Below, piece after piece: positions 57,900 to 64,000 of a stretch of 64,000 bases of DNA (position 1 is its first letter; each line of letters starts with the position of its first letter). The position numbers were made by a program, and so were the translations under genes. Where the stretch lies: NCBI GenBank assembly GCA_964545165.1, contig CAZJEQ010000004.1, forward strand, positions 17,716-81,715, given 5' to 3'. Under the pieces are notes generated by a model. It was not told the origin of the DNA and searched no databases. It saw only the letters and a program-made list of their open reading frames with translations. This DNA comes from an uncultured Candidatus Saccharibacteria bacterium (GTDB lineage: Bacteria; Patescibacteriota; Minisyncoccia; Phycocordibacterales; UBA2100).

Positions 57900-58979
57900 A
57901 TGATCCGAACACCATTTTTCGACCCTCTCAAGAGTTATGAAGAAAATTACGATACGGGTCCGTTCGGTGCCTTCGCCGATAGTACGCGTGCCGAGTCGGT
58001 AGGCGAGCCGATGCACGAGTTTCTCGGGCAGCCTGTATATCTCCCGCTCGGTATTCCTGCAGGGCCGCTCCTCAACAGCGCGTACTGTGCTGCCGCCTTC
58101 GCCAAAGGGTTCGATATAGCGGTCTATAAGACCGTGCGCAGTGGTATCTTCCCGTGCCATCCATTTCCCAATGTCTTGGCCATTCATCCCGACGGCGATC
58201 TTACGATGGACAAACTGAAATCACCGCTGGTTGCGGATACGACGTATAGCGATCCACTCTCAATCACGAATTCTTTTGGTGTACCGTCGAAAGATCCAAG
58301 TGTGTGGCAGGAGGATGTAAAAAAAGCCATCGCCGCTGCAGGCAAGGGGCAGGTGCTGGTTCTGAGCTTCATGGGTACGGTACGACCCGACCAGTCGCAG
58401 GATGAATTCGTACAAGATTATGTCGACGCCGCTAAGCTCGCTTATGAGACGGGTGCGAAAATTCTTGAGACCAACCTCTCGTGCCCGAATATCGGCAATG
58501 AGGGACTCGTCTGCTACAACCTCGATGTCACCGAAAAGGTCGCCAAAGGGATTCGCAGCGTGATCGGATCAACGCCACTCGTCTTGAAGGTGGGGTATTA
58601 CGCACAAGATGCCGACATGGAGCGTCTCGGTGAAATCGCGAATGCGTATGCCGACGGCGTCTCAGGTATCAACACACTGCAGGCCGAAGTGCGCAACGCA
58701 GCCGGCGAGCAGGCGCTTCCCGGATCTCCCGCGAGACTGCGCTCCGGAGTCTGTGGCGCGGGCATCAAATGGGCAGGGCTCGACTTTGCACGTCGCATGA
58801 AAGCCATCAAAGACAAACGCAGCTTCAGCTTTGCAATCGAAGGTGTGGGCGGTGTGCTCAATGCCGCTGACTATCAGGAATATCGCGCCGCTGGGGCGGA
58901 CAGTGTGATGTCTGCTACCGGCGCCATGTGGAATCCCATGCTTGCTACAGAGATCAAAGCAGAAGTTTTGAATGGATAA
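57900..58979 (+). CDS. dihydroorotate dehydrogenase family protein (class 1-like)
   Basis: TIM-barrel DHODH motifs (NLSCPN, GVGGV). Confidence 0.7.
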   Translation: MIRTPFFDPLKSYEENYDTGPFGAFADSTRAESVGEPMHEFLGQPVYLPLGIPAGPLLNSAYCAAAFAKGFDIAVYKTVRSGIFPCHPFPNVLAIHPDGDLTMDKLKSPLVADTTYSDPLSITNSFGVPSKDPSVWQEDVKKAIAAAGKGQVLVLSFMGTVRPDQSQDEFVQDYVDAAKLAYETGAKILETNLSCPNIGNEGLVCYNLDVTEKVAKGIRSVIGSTPLVLKVGYYAQDADMERLGEIANAYADGVSGINTLQAEVRNAAGEQALPGSPARLRSGVCGAGIKWAGLDFARRMKAIKDKRSFSFAIEGVGGVLNAADYQEYRAAGADSVMSATGAMWNPMLATEIKAEVLNG

Positions 58980-59910
58980 ACTCGACGAACGCATCCGGCG
59001 GGCGATTGATGAGAAAGTATTTCCTGGCTGCGTGATCGGATTGTTGCGCGACGGCGAGCGCAACGTGCGCACATACGGTGAATCATATCCCGTGTATGAT
59101 GTCGCCTCGATTACAAAATCCATTCCACTGGCGTCACTCGCGGCGCTTTTTATAGACGCAGGAAAGATTGCACTCAGTGATGTGGTGGTACGTTTCGTCC
59201 CCGAGCTGCAGCACGACTACGAGGCGACCATCGAAGATCTTTTGCGATACCGTGTACACGGTACGCAGATGTCGACACTTCGTTTCGAGACGTTTGAAGA
59301 AATCCGCTCACATGCGCTCGAGCGTGGCTTCGCGGCAGCTCCCGGTGAGTCGCATTATTCCAATTTGCCCGCCTTTGTCCTCGGCATTGGGATAGAGCGC
59401 GTCGGTGGGGCATCGATTGAGACACTCGCGCATGGACATGTCTTCGAGCCGCTTGGTATGACCGAGACGACATTTTTCCCCGCGAAAGATTTGTGCGCCC
59501 CGACGGAAGTTGTCGACGGTGAAGTCATACAGGGCATACCGCACGATGAGAGTGCGCGCGTCTTTGCTCGCGCGCGACGAAGTGTTGGCCATGCGGGACT
59601 GTTCTCCACGGCGGATGATCTTCTTACCTTCGCTTGGCATCTCATCCGTGATTCTGACGGGCCCGTGGCACGGGCGGCTGAGGCGGGTCTTGGATGGCAG
59701 ATTCATGACCCCAGCTTTATGGGCACAGAGGTCAGCGGGCGGACATTTGGTAAAACGGGTTTTACCGGCACGAGCATTCTTGTGGACCCGGAGGGACGAG
59801 CCGCACTCGTGATATTGAGCAACAGGACCTACCCCACGCGTCCGGCCGAAGCATCAGCTGTGAATGCGCTGCGCCGAGATGTTGCTGATATCCTATTCCA
59901 CACGGGGTAG
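58972..59910 (+). CDS. serine hydrolase, beta-lactamase/PBP-fold
   Basis: SxxK motif (ASITKS), a YSN-like motif (HYSN) and a KTG-like motif (GKTGFTGT). Confidence 0.8.
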   Translation: MDKLDERIRRAIDEKVFPGCVIGLLRDGERNVRTYGESYPVYDVASITKSIPLASLAALFIDAGKIALSDVVVRFVPELQHDYEATIEDLLRYRVHGTQMSTLRFETFEEIRSHALERGFAAAPGESHYSNLPAFVLGIGIERVGGASIETLAHGHVFEPLGMTETTFFPAKDLCAPTEVVDGEVIQGIPHDESARVFARARRSVGHAGLFSTADDLLTFAWHLIRDSDGPVARAAEAGLGWQIHDPSFMGTEVSGRTFGKTGFTGTSILVDPEGRAALVILSNRTYPTRPAEASAVNALRRDVADILFHTG

Positions 59911-59953
59911 GTAGAAACTTGGCTTTTTACCGTTTGCGCCGTACTCTACCTAG

Positions 59954-61774
59954 ATGTGCGGCATTTTTGCGTATACGGGCAAGAAAAACGCAGGCGAGGT
60001 CCTGCTCGACGGACTCGTCTCTCTTGAATATCGCGGCTACGACTCGGCTGGTATCCATGTGCCCGAGAGCGGCTTGATTCGTGCCGTAGGTCCTGTGGCA
60101 CACCTGCGTCGCAAAGTGCCTGCCGGATACTTTGGGCTCAGCGGTATCGCGCACCTGCGCTGGGCTACGCACGGTGAGCCGAATGAAGTGAATGCACATC
60201 CGCACTCGGATTGTGATGGCGAAATCTGGATTGTGCACAATGGCATCATCGAAAATTTTCGCGAGCTCAAAGCTGAGCTTGCTGCGAAGGGACACACCTT
60301 TAAATCTGAGTCTGATACGGAAGTGCTCGCACACCTCATCGAGGATGAAATGAAAAGCGATGCGGATTTTGAGAAAGCCTCGCTCCGCGCATTGAACCGT
60401 GTGCGTGGCACCTACGGGATCGCGATGCAGTACAAGAAAGAGCCGGAGCGCCTCATTGCGGCGCGCATGGGCTCTCCCATTGTGCTCGGTCTCGGCGATG
60501 GTGAGCACTTCATCGCGTCCGATGCCTCGCCGATTTTGCCGCACACCAACAAGGTGGTCTTTCTCGAAGACGGGGAGGTGGCGGTCCTGACGCCCGGTGA
60601 ACATCGCATCTTCAAGCTCGACGCGTCGCAGGTAAAGCGCGATGCCACCGAAATTGAGTGGAGTCCTGAAGAAGCACAGCGCGGCGGCTACGAGCACTTT
60701 ATGCTTAAGGAAATTATGGAGGGTCCCGAGGTGGTAGAAAATTCGGTACGTGGACGCCTGCTTGTCGAAGCGGGCAACGTGAAGCTCGGAGGACTCGAGA
60801 GTGTGGCAGAGCAGCTCGCAAAAATCGATCGCATCATCATTGTCGCGTGCGGGACCGCCTACTATGCGGGGCTGATCGGCGAGTACATGATCGAAGAGCA
60901 CGCGGGAATTCCCGTCGAGGTAGAACTCGGCTCTGAATTCCGGTACCGAAAGCCCGTTATCAATGCACGAACTGCCGTCCTCGCGATTTCGCAGAGCGGT
61001 GAGACGCTCGATACGCTCGAAGCAGTACGTGAAGGGAAGCGCAATGGTGCGCTCGCCCTCGGTATCGTAAACACGGTGGGTTCGACCATTGCGCGCGAGA
61101 CCGAAGCCGGCGTCTATAACCATGCGGGGCCGGAAATCAGCGTGGTCTCCACCAAAGCATTCCTCTCACAGCTCACCGTGCTCTCGCTCCTCACTATTTT
61201 CCTCGGTCGCCAGCGCGGCATGTCGGAGGAGACCGGAAAGAAGCTCGCGGAAGAGCTCAAGCACTTGCCGGAGAAACTCCGCAGTATTCTTGCGCAGGAG
61301 CCCGAGATTAGAGCGCTCGCAGAAAAATACAAAGACAGTCGCGACTTTATGTTTATCGGTCGCAAGTATAATCTCCCGATTGCGTACGAAGGTGCACTCA
61401 AACTCAAAGAATGCTCCTATGTGCATGCCGAAGGGTGCGGTGCAGGGGAGTTGAAGCACGGACACCTCGCCATGATCGATGAGAATTTCCCGATTGTCGC
61501 GATTGCGACCAACGACAGCGTCTATGGCAAGGTCTTCTCTGCTATCCAGCAGGTGAAAGCCCGCAAAGGGCCCGTCATCGCGATTGCGACAGAAGGTAAT
61601 AAAGAGATGGCGGAAGTTGCGGATGACGTGATCTATGTGCCGAAGACGATCGAGATGCTCTCACCGATTCTCAACGTCGTGCCGCTCCAGCTCTTCGCGT
61701 ATCACTTCTCGCGCCAGCGTGGCCTCAATGTCGATCGTCCAAGAAACCTTGCTAAGTCTGTAACTGTTGAGTGA
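59954..61774 (+). CDS. glmS: glutamine--fructose-6-phosphate aminotransferase
   Basis: N-terminal MCGIFAY (Cys2 nucleophile); two SIS domains; C-terminal ...LAKSVTVE. Confidence 0.95.
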   Translation: MCGIFAYTGKKNAGEVLLDGLVSLEYRGYDSAGIHVPESGLIRAVGPVAHLRRKVPAGYFGLSGIAHLRWATHGEPNEVNAHPHSDCDGEIWIVHNGIIENFRELKAELAAKGHTFKSESDTEVLAHLIEDEMKSDADFEKASLRALNRVRGTYGIAMQYKKEPERLIAARMGSPIVLGLGDGEHFIASDASPILPHTNKVVFLEDGEVAVLTPGEHRIFKLDASQVKRDATEIEWSPEEAQRGGYEHFMLKEIMEGPEVVENSVRGRLLVEAGNVKLGGLESVAEQLAKIDRIIIVACGTAYYAGLIGEYMIEEHAGIPVEVELGSEFRYRKPVINARTAVLAISQSGETLDTLEAVREGKRNGALALGIVNTVGSTIARETEAGVYNHAGPEISVVSTKAFLSQLTVLSLLTIFLGRQRGMSEETGKKLAEELKHLPEKLRSILAQEPEIRALAEKYKDSRDFMFIGRKYNLPIAYEGALKLKECSYVHAEGCGAGELKHGHLAMIDENFPIVAIATNDSVYGKVFSAIQQVKARKGPVIAIATEGNKEMAEVADDVIYVPKTIEMLSPILNVVPLQLFAYHFSRQRGLNVDRPRNLAKSVTVE

Positions 61775-61836
61775 GTTGCGCTCCGCCAGCAGGCGGACTC
61801 GCCAAGTCGGTGACGGTGGAGTAAATATCACCAAAA

Positions 61837-61865
61837 CAAAACGCCGCACTACGTGCGGCGTTTTG
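61837..61865. terminator. bidirectional rho-independent terminator
   Basis: AAAACGCCGCAC-tacg-TGCGGCGTTTTGG. Confidence 0.6.
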
Positions 61866-61880
61866 GTATCGGTTACGAGA

Positions 61881-62642
61881 TTACTCGCGAATGCCGACTC
61901 GAATTTGTCGAGCGGTGAGTGAGCCATCTGCCTGAGGCGCGCCTTCTGCCTTGATCATCTTGCCGACCGTGAGATCAGCGATGGTGCCGAGCGATGGTCC
62001 TGCTCCGGTAGACGGATAGACCTGGATGCTCGTTGATGCCACCACATTCACGATGCGCGTGTTGCCATCTTTCATCTGCACGGTAATGCTCGAGTTGGCG
62101 CTCGCCGAAATGGTGCCCGCAACTTCTGCCCGATGCATATCCATGATCTGATTGCCGAGTCCCATACCGCAGGCGCGCTCAAAGAAGCCGCGGGTCATCG
62201 GACCTACAGTACCCTCGGTTGTGGAAGCGATACCCATGCGCATCTGGAATTTAGCCATGGCGTTCGCTGTGAGCGGTCCGTAAAATCCCGTGGCCTGGCC
62301 GCGGAAGCCGACTGCCGGATCCTGCGCGAGCAGCTCCTGGAGCTGCTTCACATCCTCACCCTGCGAGCCGGTGCGGAGATCGCGCTTGAGCATGATGCAC
62401 ATCTCTTTGCCCATCTGACCTGGTGGCATCATCGGCCGCTCGGCTTTTTTATCGGTCATGTATTCCGCCTTGACCATCGGCGTTGTCGAGGCGAGCAGTG
62501 TCTTGAGCTGCATCTGCAGCGCCTGGATTTGCGAGAGGATCGACTTCACCTGCACTTCGACTGATGCCGATTGTGCGGAAGCCGCTACGGGCAACATGAG
62601 TGCTGCGGCAGCGATCCCTGTAATAATGTGCTTTGTTTGCAT
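61881..62642 (-). CDS. secreted protein with a peptidoglycan-binding-like domain
   Basis: Signal peptide MQTKHIITGIAAAALMLPVAASAQSA; PG_binding_1-like region (LQELLAQDPAV...GFYGPLTANAMAKFQMRMGI); start taken at an internal Met of the track ORF. Confidence 0.6.
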   Translation of the reverse strand: MQTKHIITGIAAAALMLPVAASAQSASVEVQVKSILSQIQALQMQLKTLLASTTPMVKAEYMTDKKAERPMMPPGQMGKEMCIMLKRDLRTGSQGEDVKQLQELLAQDPAVGFRGQATGFYGPLTANAMAKFQMRMGIASTTEGTVGPMTRGFFERACGMGLGNQIMDMHRAEVAGTISASANSSITVQMKDGNTRIVNVVASTSIQVYPSTGAGPSLGTIADLTVGKMIKAEGAPQADGSLTARQIRVGIRE

Positions 62643-62721
62643 AACATCTCTAGCTATTAATAAACGTACGTATAAGTATACTGCTGACTTTCTGGTGGAG
62701 ACGCAGGTCATTGCATAAGAA

Positions 62722-62744
62722 AACGGGCGCCCGAAGGCGCCCGT
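62722..62744 (-). terminator. terminator for the minus-strand gene
   Basis: AAACGGGCGCC-cgaa-GGCGCCCGTT; on the minus strand it is followed by UUUUCUUAUG. Confidence 0.5.
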
Positions 62745-62762
62745 TGAATTTTGACGGTCGGC

Positions 62763-63677
62763 TCAGAGAGCGAGCGGACCGTGTACAGAATTGTCGTTGA
62801 TGATCTGTTTTGCGCTGTACTGCACGTAGCCGGTGACCGGCTCGTCGCCGATGGCCAGAATTACGATCTGCGTGTTGTCGCCATAATCGACAAAAGGCGG
62901 CACGAATGTCTGTGCAATGAGCGATCCTTGCTCGTAGCAGCCGCGGAGAAATTTTGCTTTTCCCTGCGGCTTCCCGATGATGACACTCTGCCGTGCTTGT
63001 CGCGCCTCGGGCCCATCCTTGTTGCAGAACTTCAGCACCACATCGCTCGGCACTGCTTCCCAAGGCGTCGTGGAGGCCATGTAGTGCCGAGGAATGCGCA
63101 CACGCTTCCCACCGAGGGCATCCAGACGCTCTTGTTCGAAGCGAGCAAGGTTGCGCTTGTCATCGAGACGCAGGCCGTCGCGCGGCAAGACGCCGAGCGT
63201 CTCGTCGTACGGGACACGCCCGTACACGTAGATCTCATCATCTGCCCACGCCCAGTCCCGGAAGTTGCAGATGTCAGACCGTTCGCCGCGATGACCTTCA
63301 AGTTCGCGCACGAAGAGCTCGAGCTCAGGCAAGTACGCTTCTTCGACCGTGGCGAAGCTGAAGGGGAATCGCAATTTGTTGGGATCGATGGGGATGTTGC
63401 TCGCCCGCGCGAGATTGAGCGCGGTGCCCCAGCCATCAACGAACGCAGCGTTGATCTCGAGGATGGAGAGCGAGTCCTGGTCGAAGTACGCATCGATCCG
63501 GTAGTAGGGCTCCCTCACCTTGAGGAATTTATTGTATGCCCGCAGCATGCGGCGCAATTCCTCGACGAGCGGTGAGGCGAGCGAGACGCCGCGCTCTGAA
63601 ACGCGGTGCCTCGCACCTTCGTAAATACAAGGGGCGACGACGCTTCGATCCATATCGAATGCTTGCAACGTGATCAT
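62763..63677 (-). CDS. hypothetical protein, possible ATP-grasp-like fold
   Basis: 304 aa from MITLQAFDM; motif SILEINAAFVDGWG. An alternative longer start at 63779 would place a GC hairpin inside the CDS. Confidence 0.45.
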   Translation of the reverse strand: MITLQAFDMDRSVVAPCIYEGARHRVSERGVSLASPLVEELRRMLRAYNKFLKVREPYYRIDAYFDQDSLSILEINAAFVDGWGTALNLARASNIPIDPNKLRFPFSFATVEEAYLPELELFVRELEGHRGERSDICNFRDWAWADDEIYVYGRVPYDETLGVLPRDGLRLDDKRNLARFEQERLDALGGKRVRIPRHYMASTTPWEAVPSDVVLKFCNKDGPEARQARQSVIIGKPQGKAKFLRGCYEQGSLIAQTFVPPFVDYGDNTQIVILAIGDEPVTGYVQYSAKQIINDNSVHGPLAL

Positions 63678-63734
63678 TTTGACCTCAAAGAACGAGTGAC
63701 TCTTTTCGGCGAGAGCCGAGGCACATAGAGAAAA

Positions 63735-63756
63735 GCCCCCTCCTTGCAGAGGGGGC
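63735..63756 (-). terminator. hairpin plus U-tract (terminator or attenuator) between metK and the downstream gene
   Basis: Minus strand GCCCCCUCUGCAAGGAGGGGGC followed by UUUUCUCUAU. Confidence 0.4.
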
Positions 63757-63851
63757 TGATCTGAAATATTGGCGCGCATCAAATCAATCCTCTCTGCATG
63801 AGGGGTGCTGATGCGGGGTCGGGAGTGACCAATACTTGCTCATATATTCCG

Positions 63852-63879
63852 AGTATACGTATCTCGCGAAGTGCGTCAA
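63852..63879 (-). promoter_or_regulatory. sigma70-like promoter downstream of metK (TTGACG-16-TATACT)
   Basis: Minus strand TTGACGcacttcgcgagatacgTATACT; 8 nt later an ATG opens a 19-aa uORF (MSKYWSLPTPHQHPSCRED). Confidence 0.4.
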
Positions 63880-63883
63880 TAAT

Positions 63884-64000
63884 TTAGATTTTCACGACCT
63901 CTTCCCACGGACGACCGGCGACGCCGAAGTGGCCGTAGGCGGCGGTCTCCTTGAAGATCGGGCGGGTGAGGCCGAGGCGCTCGATGATGGCCCGTGGGCG
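63884..64000 (-). CDS. metK: S-adenosylmethionine synthetase, C-terminal fragment (continues beyond the window)
   Basis: Reverse translation ...[38 protein letters not shown] matches the conserved MetK C-terminus. Confidence 0.8.
   Translation of the reverse strand, partial: RPRAIIERLGLTRPIFKETAAYGHFGVAGRPWEEVVKI

Noticed and set aside
59911-59953. Possible glmS ribozyme upstream of glmS
   Set aside because: Only 43 nt separate the upstream stop from the glmS ATG. There is no room for the ~170-nt ribozyme.

Overview
This is a 64-kb, coding-dense, high-GC (~60%) bacterial chromosomal segment; several calls are homology-from-memory and need database confirmation. Proteins are generally short, many genes look leaderless (a TATAAT-like hexamer 6-8 nt before the ATG), and there are sortase, DsbA and peptidoglycan-binding surface proteins, so this may be a small-genome monoderm-like lineage (lineage not determined; a reduced-genome group such as CPR/Patescibacteria is one possibility). 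The dominant feature is a complete type IV pilus locus at 2270-13637: pilM-pilN-pilO-small membrane protein-pilB-response regulator-pilT-pilC-pilin-(repeat)-pilD-4 pseudopilins. Other content: comF, pterin dehydratase, ligA-gatC-gatA, NRAMP mntH, a short prfB, ftsEX, pyrG, a CBS-less IMPDH, capA-like, maf, an alkyltransferase-like (ATL) protein, an ABC-F ATPase, cyclophilin, a flavoprotein, a GIY-YIG nuclease, typA/bipA, msrB, a large ICMT-fusion membrane protein, a DUF45 peptidase, a matrixin-like protease, a sortase, a beta-lactamase-fold hydrolase, glmS and a partial metK. There are seven tRNAs (two Met-CAT, Asp, two Thr, Gln) and many clean rho-independent terminators. No rRNA, CRISPR array, transposase or integrase was found. 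The observations most worth follow-up are: (1) a family of about 75-bp structured intergenic repeats (5 units at 3 loci) with compensatory stem changes, whose 3' end supplies the -10 hexamer of the downstream leaderless gene; (2) structured intergenic RNA-like elements upstream of pyrG, mntH, the gene at 46490 and the gene downstream of metK; (3) a tRNA-Gln followed by a structured 170-bp element ending in a partial copy of the tRNA 3' end; (4) duplicated, recoded gene 3' ends after the GH18 gene and after glmS; (5) two pseudopilin genes with long homologous leaders carrying perfect palindromes. Function of all items below is unverified and needs homology or covariance searches.
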